From Bacteroidota bacterium (lineage in GTDB: Bacteria; Bacteroidota; Ignavibacteria; UBA10030; SZUA-254): a stretch of DNA of 64,000 nucleotides. The stretch covers positions 5,175 to 69,174 of the forward strand of contig DATDFQ010000057.1 of assembly GCA_036522515.1 (NCBI GenBank), read 5' to 3'. Shown piece after piece: positions 45,857 to 56,348 of the stretch; the first letter of the stretch is position 1, and each line of letters starts with the position of its first letter. The translations under genes and the position numbers were made by a program. Under the pieces are notes generated by a model that was not told the DNA's origin, ran no database searches, and saw only the letters and a list, made by a program, of their open reading frames with translations.

Positions 45857-47122
45857 GTGATGACAACCCGAACCACACTCTTGCGCCTCCTCCTTCTATT
45901 GGCCATGTGTACGGCCGCGGCTTTTGCCGGGGGCGGGGGGTCCGTTTACACGCGCCACGGGATAGGGGATCTGCGGTACGGAACCTCGGGCCGGGGGACA
46001 GGAATGGGAGGGGTGGGGATCGCGCTTCTCTCTTCGGGCGTCGTCGACCCGCTCAACCCCGCCACGTGGGGAGTCGACAACAGGACCCAGTTTTCCATCA
46101 GCGGTTTTTACGAAGGGTTCGCTTCCAGCGACGACAGGAACTCGACCTATCTGAGCCAGGCCTCCTTCAACGGCCTGATGTTTGCGATACCCCTCATTCC
46201 CCGCTGGGGCGTCGTGCTCGGAGCCGGCATCACGCCCTACAGCAGAGTCGATTATAATATCGTCTCCCCTTCCTCCCAGAACGGATACGACTATACCGTC
46301 CGGTACCAGGGGGACGGGGGCCTCTCGCAGGGACACCTCGGGTTTTCCGCGATGCCCGACAGCCAGCTCCTGCTGGGGGCGAAGATGAACTATTATTTCG
46401 GAACGATCCGGAACACGCTGGACCAGTCGTTTACGCCGGCCCAGTACACAGACGCCGAGGATATCCGGCTGACGCGTTTCAACGGGCTGGGAGCGACGTT
46501 CGGTATCGTCTACCGCGGACTGAAGAACATTCTGAATCTCCCTGCGGGCCAGACGCTCAACATCGGCGCCGTCGTTTCCACGGTATCGCGGATGAACTCC
46601 GCGGAGGAACGCTACTTCACCTATACGACTTCGTCGCTTACGACGCGGGATACCGTCCTCAATCCCGAAGGGACCACGCGCCTTCCGCTTGCGGCCGGGG
46701 GCGGGATCGCCTTCACGGCGGAGCGGTACTCGCTCGGAGCCGACTTCACCTACCAGAACTGGAACGCGTACACGGTGAATGACGTAAAATCCCCCGACGT
46801 GCGCGACAGTTACAGGTTCAGCGCCGGGGGGGAACTCATCCCGAAGCGGGAAGCCTCCGCTCCGTTCTTCCAGCGCCTCGCCTACCGGGCCGGTTTTTTC
46901 TACGATGCGAGTTACTACGATATCAAGGGCGAGCCGATCAACGAGATCGGCTTTACCGCCGGGATCGGCGTGCCGATCGTTTCCGATACGCGGTTGCATT
47001 TTACGACAGGGTACAGCTTCCGCGGCACAACCGACCAGCAACTGCAGAAGGACCGCATCCTGCGGTTTACCGTCACCCTGACCGCGGGTGAACTCTGGTT
47101 CGTACGGCCCCCGGAAGAATGA
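45857..47122 (+). CDS. FadL/OmpP1-like outer-membrane beta-barrel protein
   Basis: [49 protein letters not shown] end. Confidence 0.7.
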   Translation: MMTTRTTLLRLLLLLAMCTAAAFAGGGGSVYTRHGIGDLRYGTSGRGTGMGGVGIALLSSGVVDPLNPATWGVDNRTQFSISGFYEGFASSDDRNSTYLSQASFNGLMFAIPLIPRWGVVLGAGITPYSRVDYNIVSPSSQNGYDYTVRYQGDGGLSQGHLGFSAMPDSQLLLGAKMNYYFGTIRNTLDQSFTPAQYTDAEDIRLTRFNGLGATFGIVYRGLKNILNLPAGQTLNIGAVVSTVSRMNSAEERYFTYTTSSLTTRDTVLNPEGTTRLPLAAGGGIAFTAERYSLGADFTYQNWNAYTVNDVKSPDVRDSYRFSAGGELIPKREASAPFFQRLAYRAGFFYDASYYDIKGEPINEIGFTAGIGVPIVSDTRLHFTTGYSFRGTTDQQLQKDRILRFTVTLTAGELWFVRPPEE

Positions 47123-48432
47123 GCGCGCTTTCAAAACAGGATCCGGAGATCTACGATGCGATCCGGCGCGAAATTGAGAGGCAGGACTCGAAGTTCGAGC
47201 TGATCGCCTCGGAGAATTTCGTCAGCACCGCGGTGCTGGAGGCGCTGGGCTCCGTCCTGACGAACAAATACGCCGAGGGCTACCCCGGAAAACGCTACTA
47301 CGGCGGATGCGAGTTTGTCGATATCGCGGAAAACCTCGCCCGCGACCGGGCCAGGCAATTGTTCTCGGCCGCTTATGCGAACGTGCAGCCGCACTCGGGG
47401 TCGCAGGCGAACATGGCCGTCTACTTCACGTTCGTCAAGCCGGGCGACACGATCATGGGCATGAACCTTTCTCACGGAGGCCATCTCACCCACGGGTCGC
47501 CGGTTAATTTTTCGGGCCAGCTCTACAGGTTCGTCGCCTACGGCGTGAGGCGGGACACCGGGCTGATCGACTACGACGAAGTCGAGTCGGTCGCGCTGCG
47601 CGAGAAGCCGAAGATGATCACTGTCGGCGCGAGCGCCTACTCCCGGAACATCGACTATCAGGCGTTCCGCGTCATCGCCGACAAGATCGGAGCCTTCCTG
47701 TTCGCCGATATCGCGCACCCCGCCGGCCTGATCGCCAAGAAACTCCTCAACGATCCGATTCCCCACTGCCACGTGGTAACCTCGACGACGCACAAGACCC
47801 TTCGCGGGCCCCGGGGCGGCCTGATCCTCATGGGAACGGATATTGAAAATCCATTCGGCCAGAAAGCGGCGAAGTCCGGGAGGACAAAACTCATGTCCGA
47901 GCTGATCGACTCGATGGTCATCCCCGGAATACAGGGCGGGCCGCTGATGCACGTGATCGCCGCAAAGGCCGTCGGATTTCTGGAAAACCTTCAGCCCGGG
48001 TTCGCGACCTACGCCGCCCAGGTCATCAGGAACGCCCGGGCGCTCGCGGCGCGCTTGACGAGCCTCGGCTACGATGTGATCTCCGGGGGAACCGATAATC
48101 ACCTGATGCTCGTTGATTTACGGAACAAGAACACGACCGGGAAAGACGCGCAGGAGTCCCTCGACAGAGCCGGGATCACCGTCAACAAGAACGCGGTCCC
48201 ATTCGACGACAAGAGCCCGCTGATCACCAGCGGCATCCGGATCGGAACGCCCGCCCTCACCACGCGCGGGATGCGGGAGCCCGAAATGGAGATCGTGGGA
48301 GGATTGATCGATCAGGTCCTCGCACACAGGGGCGACGCCGGCGTGGAGAAAACGGTGGAGGAGAGCGTGCGGCAGTTATGCGCGAAGTTTCCCCTGTACC
48401 CGGGACTGACAGGCCGGACTCACTCCGGGTGA
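47119..48432 (+). CDS. glyA: Serine hydroxymethyltransferase
   Basis: [72 protein letters not shown]. Confidence 0.98.
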   Translation: MSALSKQDPEIYDAIRREIERQDSKFELIASENFVSTAVLEALGSVLTNKYAEGYPGKRYYGGCEFVDIAENLARDRARQLFSAAYANVQPHSGSQANMAVYFTFVKPGDTIMGMNLSHGGHLTHGSPVNFSGQLYRFVAYGVRRDTGLIDYDEVESVALREKPKMITVGASAYSRNIDYQAFRVIADKIGAFLFADIAHPAGLIAKKLLNDPIPHCHVVTSTTHKTLRGPRGGLILMGTDIENPFGQKAAKSGRTKLMSELIDSMVIPGIQGGPLMHVIAAKAVGFLENLQPGFATYAAQVIRNARALAARLTSLGYDVISGGTDNHLMLVDLRNKNTTGKDAQESLDRAGITVNKNAVPFDDKSPLITSGIRIGTPALTTRGMREPEMEIVGGLIDQVLAHRGDAGVEKTVEESVRQLCAKFPLYPGLTGRTHSG

Positions 48433-48472
48433 TCGCTGCGGGGGAATGGAAGGTGTTCCGTTTTCCCATTGC

Positions 48473-48558
48473 TTGTCATCCTGAGGTCGCGGAGCGACCG
48501 AAGGATCTAGCTTTTCGGCTTACGAACGGAGATCCTTCGCTACGCTCAGGATGACAAT
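48473..48558. repeat. TGTCATCCTGAG-family inverted REP pair
   Basis: TTGTCATCCTGAGGTCGCGGAGCGACCGAAGGATCT ... GAGATCCTTCGCTACGCTCAGGATGACAA. Confidence 0.9.
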
Positions 48559-48638
48559 CAGGTGTGTGACCAGTAGTGTTGCGGTGACCGATCTGGACAA
48601 AGTGCGGCACAACCGAACGAAGAACAGAATAGCATCCT

Positions 48639-49454
48639 GTGGCTGAAGTGGCTGAGCATATCGAAGAGAATCCCCTGCCGGAAGACGGCGAGCCGTTCGA
48701 ATCCGACGAAAAGGAGATGTCGTTCCTCGACCACCTCGAGGAGCTGCGGTGGCGGATCGTCCGGGCGGTGCTCGGACTTCTCGCGGGCATCATCGTCTGC
48801 GGAATCTTCGCCGACCGGCTGGTCAACGACGTGGTCCTCCGCCCGAGCCAGACGATCACACCGCCCCTCAAGCTGATCAACACCGTTCCGTACGGACAGA
48901 TCTCGTTCTACATGATGGTCGTGATCGCCGGGGGGCTCATCCTCAGCTCCCCCTGGATCGTCTACCAGTTGTGGAAGTTCGTCCAGCCGGGCCTGCTTCC
49001 GCGCGAGCGAAAATACATCTCAAGCATCGTCCTGTTTACGACCCTCTGCTTCCTTGCCGGCATCGCGTTCGCCTATTTCATCATGCTGCCGTACATGCTC
49101 CAGTTCTTCGCGACGTTCGGATCGACCGGCATACAGAACATGATTTCGATCGACGAGTACATGAGCTTCACCCTCCAGCTCATCCTCCTCTCGGGATTGA
49201 TTTTCGAGCTTCCGATGGTCTCCTATTTCCTGGCGCGCTTCGGAATCGTGACTCCCGCGTTCATGAAGCACTACCGCCGGCACGCGATCGTCGCGATCCT
49301 GATCATCGCCGCGGTGGTGACTCCGACGACCGACCCTCTCACGATGACGGTGTTCGCTCTTCCCATGTTCGTCCTCTACGAGATAAGCATCTGGATCGCG
49401 CAGGTTGCGCAGCGTAAACGGGCGGAGGCCCAGGCGGCGAGAGAGTCATCGTGA
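48639..49454 (+). CDS. tatC: Twin-arginine translocase subunit TatC
   Basis: EMSFLDHLEELRWR, YQLWKFVQPGL, GLIFELP, YRRHAIV, AAVVTPTTDP, LYEISI. Confidence 0.96.
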   Translation: MAEVAEHIEENPLPEDGEPFESDEKEMSFLDHLEELRWRIVRAVLGLLAGIIVCGIFADRLVNDVVLRPSQTITPPLKLINTVPYGQISFYMMVVIAGGLILSSPWIVYQLWKFVQPGLLPRERKYISSIVLFTTLCFLAGIAFAYFIMLPYMLQFFATFGSTGIQNMISIDEYMSFTLQLILLSGLIFELPMVSYFLARFGIVTPAFMKHYRRHAIVAILIIAAVVTPTTDPLTMTVFALPMFVLYEISIWIAQVAQRKRAEAQAARESS

Positions 49455-50422
49455 ACCTGCAGGAGATCCTGGAACCCATCAGTGAGGAGCTCGACGCGTT
49501 CAGCAGTTACTTTCGCGGCGCGATCCGCTCGAAAGTCGCCTTCGTCGATCTGATCGCCCGGTATATCGTCCGGCAAAAGGGGAAAAAGATCCGCCCGGCC
49601 CTCGTCCTCCTCAGCGCAAAGGCGTGCGGGGGGATCTCGGACAGCACGTATCGGGGCGCCTCCCTGGTGGAAATCCTCCACACCGCGACCCTGATTCACG
49701 ACGACGTCGTGGACGACGCGGACACCCGCCGCGGGCTCGCGTCGATCAACGCGGTCTGGAAAAACAAAGTGGCGGTCCTGATGGGCGATTATATGCTCGC
49801 GAAAGGGCTCCTGTTGTCGCTCGACAACAACGACTTCCAGTTTCTGAAAATCACTTCCGACGCGGTGCGGAGGATGAGCGAAGCGGAGATTCTCCAGATC
49901 GCCAAGAGCCGGGATCTCGATCTGGATGAGGCGACGTACCTGAAGATCATCTCGGACAAGACCGCATCGCTCCTCTCGACCTGTTGCCAGATCGGCGCGG
50001 CGAGCGCAGCCGCCGGCCCCGAGACGGTGCGGCAACTGAGGGAATTCGGCGAGAACATCGGGATGGTGTTTCAGATCCGAGACGACCTGCTCGATTACAC
50101 GGGCCGGAAGAGCATCACCGGCAAGCCGACGGGCCTCGATATGAAAGAAAAGAAGCTGACGCTTCCTCTCATTTATTCATTCCTGAAGGCGCCGCAGGGC
50201 AGGTCCAAAGCGGTCCTGCGGATCATCAAGGACGGTTCGGGCAAGAAGGATCTGCAGAGCGTGGTGGAATTTGCCTACGAGTTTGGCGGGATCGAGTATA
50301 CGACAAGAAAGGCCGAACACTACTCGACGCTGGCCCTCAACGCGCTGGAGGGGCTTCCTCCCTCGCCCTCCAAAGATGCCCTCCGCGGATTCGTCGGCTT
50401 CGTCCTCGAACGGAGCAAATAA
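49451..50422 (+). CDS. Polyprenyl diphosphate synthase (IspB/HepT-like)
   Basis: GKKIRP, HTATLIHDDVVDDADTRRG, AVLMGD, DKTASL, FQIRDDLLD, GKPTGLD. Confidence 0.93.
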   Translation: MNLQEILEPISEELDAFSSYFRGAIRSKVAFVDLIARYIVRQKGKKIRPALVLLSAKACGGISDSTYRGASLVEILHTATLIHDDVVDDADTRRGLASINAVWKNKVAVLMGDYMLAKGLLLSLDNNDFQFLKITSDAVRRMSEAEILQIAKSRDLDLDEATYLKIISDKTASLLSTCCQIGAASAAAGPETVRQLREFGENIGMVFQIRDDLLDYTGRKSITGKPTGLDMKEKKLTLPLIYSFLKAPQGRSKAVLRIIKDGSGKKDLQSVVEFAYEFGGIEYTTRKAEHYSTLALNALEGLPPSPSKDALRGFVGFVLERSK

Positions 50423-50426
50423 AAAA

Positions 50427-50607
50427 CACGCGACCTGAAGGTCGCGCCTACCCGTACCACCTCATTCCCTCGTTCCCACGGAGACCGTGGGAGGGGAACC
50501 CAACAAAAAGCCCGCAAGCTGAAGCTTGCGGCTACCGGTACCTCTGCCGTCATCTCTTGGTAGCCGCAGCCCAACAAAAAGCACGCGACCTGAAGGTCGC
50601 GCCTACC
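50427..50607. repeat. Three same-orientation GTAG REPs with A-rich leaders, enclosing a TCGTTCCCACG palindrome
   Basis: CACGCGACCTGAAGGTCGCGCCTACC twice and CCCGCAAGCTGAAGCTTGCGGCTACC once; CTCGTTCCCACGGAGACCGTGGGA at 50469-50492; lies between convergent genes. Confidence 0.9.
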
Positions 50608-50619
50608 GGCGGTCTTTTC

Positions 50620-51162
50620 CTACGCCCACTTGATCGTGCACCCGATCGAATAGGTTTCCGGAACCGCGACCTCTTTTCCCCGGAGAACCGCCTCGAGAGC
50701 GTCCCGGAGGTAGCGTTCCTTCACAGATTCCGGGTGTTGCCAGTTATCGTCCATTTTTCCGACGTACCTCAGTTTTCTCTCCCGGTCGAAGACAAAGAAT
50801 TGCGGCGTGTGCGTGGCGCCGAACGCCCCGGCGACCGATTGGTCTTCGTCCCGGAGATAGGGAAACGTAAACCCCTTCTCCTTTGCATGCCGGACCATTT
50901 CTTCAAACCGGTCCTCGGGGTAGTTCTTCGTATCGTTCGAATTGATCGCAATCACCTGGACCCCCTTCGGGGCGTATTCCCGCTCGAGCTCGATCATCCT
51001 TCGTTCGTACGCCTTCACGTACGGGCAGTGATTGCAGCTGAACACGACGACGAGGATCTCCTTCCCCTTGAAATCGTCCGAGGAGTAGGTCTTGCCGTCG
51101 GCGCCGGGAAGCCGGTCGAACCGGGGAAGAGTATCGTTGAGCCGAATAATCGTCTCCTGCAT
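50620..51162 (-). CDS. Thioredoxin-fold protein (AhpC/TSA-like redoxin)
   Basis: VVFSCNHCPYV, AINSND, PYLRDEDQSVA..FGATHTP, IGCTIKW. Start MQET at 51162. Confidence 0.9.
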   Translation of the reverse strand: MQETIIRLNDTLPRFDRLPGADGKTYSSDDFKGKEILVVVFSCNHCPYVKAYERRMIELEREYAPKGVQVIAINSNDTKNYPEDRFEEMVRHAKEKGFTFPYLRDEDQSVAGAFGATHTPQFFVFDRERKLRYVGKMDDNWQHPESVKERYLRDALEAVLRGKEVAVPETYSIGCTIKWA

Positions 51163-51185
51163 AAGACTTCCTTTCCGCCCCTGCT

Positions 51186-52034
51186 CTAGCGCCCGGGGGC
51201 GCCTTTCGGGGACCCTTCTCTCGTAATAAACATTTCGAGAACCCGAACAAGTTCGCGCGGCTTCTCGAGAGGGATGGAATGACCGCACTCGGAGAAGAGC
51301 TCGAGCGTCAGATCGGGCCTCTGCCGCTGAAACTCGAGCGCATGCCTCACCGGCACGATCGCGTCGTTCTTCCCCCATACGACCAGCAACGGCATGCTCA
51401 GCCGTGAGACTCTGCTCTTAAATTCCGGGTCGCCCTTCAACGCGGACAGCAGCGCGTTCGACCAGGCGGCTTTCCGTCCCGGCCTCTCCAGATCCGCGAT
51501 GAATTGATCGCAGAGCTCCGGGGGCCGGCTCACGATCGAGTAATACGACCGCCGGCTGAAAAAGTCCACCATTCCCCTCGACCGGAAGACGACCCCGTTC
51601 AGAAAGGCGGAAACAAGCCTCCTGAACGGCTGACTGGCCGCGAACGGGCGGCGGCGGAAACCGCTGCTGCAGAGAAGGATAAGCCGCTCGACCCGCCCCG
51701 GATTCAGATCTGCAACCCGGACCGCGACCTCTCCGCCCCAGGAGATGCCGCACAGCACGACTTTGGGGGCCTCCACCCTCTCCAGCAACTCGAGCAGAAA
51801 CCCCGCATACTCCCCCGTGGAATAGCTTCCCGCCTGGCACTCCGTTTCACCGAACCCGGGAAGATCCACCGCCATGAGATGAAACCGTTGCGAGAGGGGT
51901 TCGAGCACTCGCTGCCACGTGCGCGGCCCTCCCAGGCCGTGAATGAGAAGAAGCGGGACGCCGGATCCACCCTCCGAGATGCGCGCCTTGACGCCCCCCA
52001 CCTGAAGGTAGCGATGAATTACTTGTCCAGCCAT
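51186..52034 (-). CDS. Alpha/beta hydrolase
   Basis: LLLIHGLGG, VDLPGFG, GISWGG nucleophile elbow, VWGKND, ECGHSIPLE. Confidence 0.9.
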   Translation of the reverse strand: MAGQVIHRYLQVGGVKARISEGGSGVPLLLIHGLGGPRTWQRVLEPLSQRFHLMAVDLPGFGETECQAGSYSTGEYAGFLLELLERVEAPKVVLCGISWGGEVAVRVADLNPGRVERLILLCSSGFRRRPFAASQPFRRLVSAFLNGVVFRSRGMVDFFSRRSYYSIVSRPPELCDQFIADLERPGRKAAWSNALLSALKGDPEFKSRVSRLSMPLLVVWGKNDAIVPVRHALEFQRQRPDLTLELFSECGHSIPLEKPRELVRVLEMFITREGSPKGAPGR

Positions 52035-52609
52035 TCATCAATCAACTGTTTCTCCTCCGTACTTCCAAGCGCCGATCGCCCGTAGCAACCCGCTTTCTGC
52101 CGCTGGCGGAATGCCTCGAAAAGAGAGATCGCGCAGGCGACGGAAACATTCAAACTCCGGATCATTCCCACCATCGGAATCTGAAAATTTCCGTCCGCGA
52201 GCTCCGCCGCGCGTTCCGACACCCCGCGGTGCTCGTTGCCGAAGACCAGGGCCACCTTTCCGGTGAGATCGAGCTCGAAGATCGATGGGGACGCCGCGCC
52301 GAGATGAGTCGCATACACCCGGAACCCCTCCTTGTGCAGCCGTTCGTAGCAAGCCTCTATCGATTTAAACGTGCGGCGTTTGACCCACTTGACCGCGCTC
52401 GCGGAACTCTTCTTGCCGAGCTTCGGAAATTCTTCGATTGCATAGACGAGCTGCACCTCGAGAACGCCGGCGGCGTCCGCGGTTCTCAGGATCGCGCTGA
52501 CGTTGTGAGGGTCATGGATTCCCTCCAGAACGACCGTCAGACCCGGCTGGCGCTTTTCAACCACCGAGAGGATCTTCTGACGGCGCCGATCGGTCACGAC
52601 TTTTTTCAT
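52019..52609 (-). CDS. trmH: SpoU-family RNA methyltransferase (TrmH-like)
   Basis: LEGIHDPHNVSAILRTADA, LVFGNEHRGVS, IPMVGMIRSLNVSVA. Start MKKVV at 52609. Confidence 0.88.
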   Translation of the reverse strand: MKKVVTDRRRQKILSVVEKRQPGLTVVLEGIHDPHNVSAILRTADAAGVLEVQLVYAIEEFPKLGKKSSASAVKWVKRRTFKSIEACYERLHKEGFRVYATHLGAASPSIFELDLTGKVALVFGNEHRGVSERAAELADGNFQIPMVGMIRSLNVSVACAISLFEAFRQRQKAGCYGRSALGSTEEKQLIDEWLDK

Positions 52610-53505
52610 GCGTTGTCCGCCGCCTCCTCCGGGGACGGGCCGAGCTGAAGGACGGCGACGGCCACAAGGACGATCGCCGCCCCTGCGAACTGAACGCCGG
52701 TGAGGAGCTCGCCCAGGATCATGAACGCCGAAAGGATTGCGACGACCGGTTCGAACGTCGCGGTGATGATCGCCTGGGAGGCCGTGAGCTCGCGGATACC
52801 CGCGAAGTAAAAGGAATGCGGGATCAGGATGGAGATCATCGCGAATCCGAAAAAAACGGCCCAGAGGGAAGGCGTATAGCCCGCCGATGCAACGCTCCAC
52901 GGGGGATTGATCGCCATCCAGAATACCGATGCGAACAACAAGGCGTAGATCAGGCAGGTCCAGACACTGTACCGCTTCAGGAGCCTCCGAAGCCAGACAT
53001 TGGTGAACGCCCAGCAGGCCGCGGATCCGATTCCGGAAAGGAGACCGATTCTGCTCATGCTGAAACCGGAAAAATCCCGCCCCGCCACCACCAGGTAGCA
53101 TCCCGCAAAAGAAAGAAGGCCCGCTCCGATTTTTCTCAAGCCGAGAGATTCGTCCCCCGACGCCGCGGCGTATGCGACGACGAGAAGAGGCGCCATGTCC
53201 TGCAGAAGAATCGCGGTCGCGACGTTCGTCTCGCGTATGGTGAAGTAATAGGTGAAGTTCGAGCCCGCCATTCCGGCTATGCCAAGCAGGGCAAAGCGAT
53301 AGAGATCCCCGGCCCGGACCCGAAGGAGGTGCCGCTTGAACAAGAGAAAGAACGCAAGCAGGACGATGCAGGAGAGCGTCATCCTCATCTGGACGAGCAC
53401 GAGTGTGTCGACATGCCGTGTGAAGAGCACCTTTGCGAGGGTGGCGGAGACCCCCCAGAAGAGCGTGGCGCCGAGGATAAAGAGATAGCCTTTGAACGGC
53501 CTCAT
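52606..53505 (-). CDS. EamA/DMT family transporter
   Basis: About 10 hydrophobic helices in two repeats; TFEPVVA..AFMILGE. Confidence 0.9.
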   Translation of the reverse strand: MRPFKGYLFILGATLFWGVSATLAKVLFTRHVDTLVLVQMRMTLSCIVLLAFFLLFKRHLLRVRAGDLYRFALLGIAGMAGSNFTYYFTIRETNVATAILLQDMAPLLVVAYAAASGDESLGLRKIGAGLLSFAGCYLVVAGRDFSGFSMSRIGLLSGIGSAACWAFTNVWLRRLLKRYSVWTCLIYALLFASVFWMAINPPWSVASAGYTPSLWAVFFGFAMISILIPHSFYFAGIRELTASQAIITATFEPVVAILSAFMILGELLTGVQFAGAAIVLVAVAVLQLGPSPEEAADNA

Positions 53506-54059
53506 GCGGGAGAAGGAGCCGGGCCGGGCGGAAGGGGGGGTCCATCGGCTTTCTGCCGGTAGAAGGACGACATCTCGTCGTTGCCGGCCAGGTCGAAGAG
53601 GTGGGCGAGCTTCAGATAGAGAGGCTTCGGGACCGTGACCGCGTTGATCCCCTGCTTCAGAAACTCGATCAGCGAGGCGAGCGGCGGAATATTCAGGTCG
53701 GGCTCGTGGCAGTCGGCGGCATCCAGGTAAGGGTCCGGCTCGGAAGGCCTGGCTGCGGAGGCTTTCCTGAAATACTGGAATGCGAGCTCGTAGTTATCGT
53801 ACATCGAGTAGGTCACCTCAAAGACGTTCGCCAGCCACATGTAGGTATCGTACGAAAGCTCGGGGAATTCCTTCGCAAGCTTTTCGCCGAACAGGCAGAG
53901 CTCCGCGGGCGTGAGGGTATGATTCCAGAAGAGCTCCCGGTAGAGCTCGATATCCTGCAATCGCTGTGCGATCGCCTGCTCGAACGCGTCGAAGAGCTCG
54001 TTGAACTCTTTCGACAACTCGAAGCGTTTTCGTATTTCTGCGGCGGTCAGATTCTGCAT
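53502..54059 (-). CDS. Hypothetical alpha-helical (TPR-like) protein
   Basis: Realistic amino-acid composition; ATGA coupling with the EamA gene. Confidence 0.7.
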   Translation of the reverse strand: MQNLTAAEIRKRFELSKEFNELFDAFEQAIAQRLQDIELYRELFWNHTLTPAELCLFGEKLAKEFPELSYDTYMWLANVFEVTYSMYDNYELAFQYFRKASAARPSEPDPYLDAADCHEPDLNIPPLASLIEFLKQGINAVTVPKPLYLKLAHLFDLAGNDEMSSFYRQKADGPPLPPGPAPSPA

Positions 54060-54276
54060 TCACCCCTTGAGCGCATGAACTTCACACCTGTCCCTCCCGG
54101 GTACGCGGGGAAAGCGATTGGGCACGTTCCATCGGCGAAGAGAGCCCGGCCTGATATCCGGACCGTTGCATGAGATGGCTGCTGACGTCCAACTGCGGCA
54201 AAATAACAAAGGAAGAGGTGAAAATCAAGGGATTTCCGCCAAAACGAGAGGATCCGGAACCGGAGGAGGTCAATAC

Positions 54277-54305
54277 TTGACCTTCGATTCGAAAATGACT
54301 ACTTT
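54277..54305 (+). promoter_or_regulatory. Putative sigma70 promoter of the Yip1 gene
   Basis: TTGACC-N17-TACTTT; the -35 is half of the inverted repeat AGGTCAA-TAC-TTGACCT; GGAGGAG RBS before ATG 54329. Confidence 0.4.
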
Positions 54306-54328
54306 CATCCAAAATTTGGAGGAGACCG

Positions 54329-55072
54329 ATGGATCAGCAGGAATCAACCGTTAAAATTTCGTCGTTCATGTCGAGGGCAACGGGAGTATTCGCCTCGCCG
54401 GGTGATGTGTTCCAGGAGGTGGCGTCGGCTCCGGTGCAAACGAGCTCATGGCTGCTTCCCTATCTCCTTTCACTCGTCATTGTGGTCGTTTTCACCGTTG
54501 TGCTGTTCGGCAACCCCTCTCTCCGGCAGCAGATTCTTGAACCCCAGCAGCAGAAGATGCAAAAGGCGGTCGACGAGGGCAAGATGTCTCAGGAGAAGTA
54601 CGACCAGGCCGTGGCGATGATGGAATCTCCGGCGATGTTTTACGCGATCGGGATCGGGAGCACTCTCGTCATCGTGAGTCTGGCGGTGTTCGGGGCGCCT
54701 CTCGCGATCTGGCTGGCCGCGAAATTGATCCTGAAGGCTTCCGCCCCCTATAAAAAGATGCTCGAGGTCTATGGCCTCACCACACTGATAGGGGTCCTCG
54801 GCGCCATCGTTACGCTCCTCCTAATGCATGTCTTCGACTCCGTGCATGCCTCCCTCGGGGGAGGCCTCCTGGTCATGAATCACTTCGACCCGGAAAACCT
54901 GGGCCACAAATTGCTCGCCTCAATCAGTGTGTTCGGCCTCTGGCAGACGGCGCTCGTGGGGATGGGAATCGCCGGCGTTACAGGCAAACCCGCCAGCACG
55001 GGGATGGGATTGGCGTTCGGTCTCTTCGCGGCGTGGGTCATATTGTCCTCCGCGCTCGGCTGGGTGAGATAA
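54329..55072 (+). CDS. Yip1-domain membrane protein
   Basis: GVFASPGDVFQEV start, soluble loop, five TM helices, SISVFGLWQ. Confidence 0.8.
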   Translation: MDQQESTVKISSFMSRATGVFASPGDVFQEVASAPVQTSSWLLPYLLSLVIVVVFTVVLFGNPSLRQQILEPQQQKMQKAVDEGKMSQEKYDQAVAMMESPAMFYAIGIGSTLVIVSLAVFGAPLAIWLAAKLILKASAPYKKMLEVYGLTTLIGVLGAIVTLLLMHVFDSVHASLGGGLLVMNHFDPENLGHKLLASISVFGLWQTALVGMGIAGVTGKPASTGMGLAFGLFAAWVILSSALGWVR

Positions 55073-55108
55073 TCCCGATCCAAAGGGCTTCCTGCCGGCC
55101 TGTTCCGG

Positions 55109-56254
55109 TCAGCTAAAAAGCCCTGTCCATTCGAAGGGTTTCCCGAGGTTCAGCTCGGTAGAGGGAAGTTGTTTTTGAAGAGCGTCGATCTCGCGGAGAC
55201 CGACGAACGTGTGAAGATCTCCCACGTCGGCCAGCAGCGGCGTCGATTCAGAGTGGGTATCGACCTGGTATGACACCCCGAGGTCTGCGCCTGTCGACCT
55301 CCCGTCCGGATGCATGATCCGGACATTTCGGATGATCACGTCATAGGCTTTTGAGCCGTTGAACGGGAGGCGTTCATAGTGCGAAAGGTCCCAGCCGGCC
55401 GATTCCCCCGACCCGATCGCGTAGAGGCTTCCGAGGATCCCGACGACATTCAGCTTGCGGATGGAGTCCTTCTCCGGATCGCCGGCCGTATGCCCTGATT
55501 CCACGAGGATCGTGCTTGTTCCCCACTTCTGCATGTTGTCCCCGAACGCCCTCGGTTCGAACGAATCGTCGTAGCGGGTAACCCGGTTCTGACCGGTCTG
55601 CTTCATAATAGCCGCGAATACCGATGCCACCTGCTTCGCCTTAATGCGCACCTCGTTGTCCGTCTTTCCCGGATCGAACGCGGGAGCGAGGAGGGCGATC
55701 GCCGCCAGTTCCCGGGTCGCGCCCACCGTGCTTAGCGCCTGATCGTGAAGATTGAATCCGTAGGCGGGCTTGATCGTATCCTTGAGCTGCTTCAGGAGCA
55801 CGGCTTCCGGGGTCTGCAGGGAGAGCGCATCACGGTTCATGTCGATGCCCTGCGCGGTACGGCGCTGGAACCTCGCCGCGCCGTCGGGATTCAGCATCGG
55901 AAGAAAATGGACCATGAATTTCGACAGGAGGTCCTTGACGGCCGCTTCGCCCCGGCCCAACCGGAAGTAATTGAGGATGTCGGCGATCGCCATGGTGGCG
56001 GTGGATTCATCTCCGTGCATCTGCGACCAGAGGAGCACCTGGGTGAGGCCGGTCCCGACGGAGACGAGCCGGAGGGGGCGCTCCTCGAACGACTGACCGA
56101 TGTTCCTGATGTTGAACTGGGAGGACGAATCGACCGCAAAGGCGTCGATGATCCGGTGAAAGGTTTCCGGCGAAAATCGCCGCGAGGGGAAGGACTCGAC
56201 TCTGTACGAGCCGTAGTTTTTTTCGAGCTCTTTGGCGTATGCAACAAAATCCAT
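55109..56254 (-). CDS. M14 zinc carboxypeptidase
   Basis: IGQSFEERPL, SQMHGDESTAT, PMLNPDGA, DMNRD, NLHDQ, ILVESG. Start MDFV at 56254. Confidence 0.9.
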   Translation of the reverse strand: MDFVAYAKELEKNYGSYRVESFPSRRFSPETFHRIIDAFAVDSSSQFNIRNIGQSFEERPLRLVSVGTGLTQVLLWSQMHGDESTATMAIADILNYFRLGRGEAAVKDLLSKFMVHFLPMLNPDGAARFQRRTAQGIDMNRDALSLQTPEAVLLKQLKDTIKPAYGFNLHDQALSTVGATRELAAIALLAPAFDPGKTDNEVRIKAKQVASVFAAIMKQTGQNRVTRYDDSFEPRAFGDNMQKWGTSTILVESGHTAGDPEKDSIRKLNVVGILGSLYAIGSGESAGWDLSHYERLPFNGSKAYDVIIRNVRIMHPDGRSTGADLGVSYQVDTHSESTPLLADVGDLHTFVGLREIDALQKQLPSTELNLGKPFEWTGLFS

Positions 56255-56279
56255 GGGCCGGCGTCTACTAGTGTGTGAC

Positions 56280-56307
56280 AATATAGCAAAATCTGCATTT
56301 GATTCAA
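56280..56307 (-). promoter_or_regulatory. Putative sigma70 promoter of the M14 peptidase gene
   Basis: Minus strand TTGAAT-N16-TATATT with a TG extension. Confidence 0.4.
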
Positions 56308-56348
56308 TCATTTCTGCGCTCCGGGTAGTGGCTCAATTTCACCGAACA

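Noticed and set aside
50427-50607. Repeat-spacer-repeat pattern resembling a CRISPR array
   Set aside because: The units are GTAG REPs found elsewhere as inverted pairs; they differ in sequence, spacing is irregular, and no cas genes are present.
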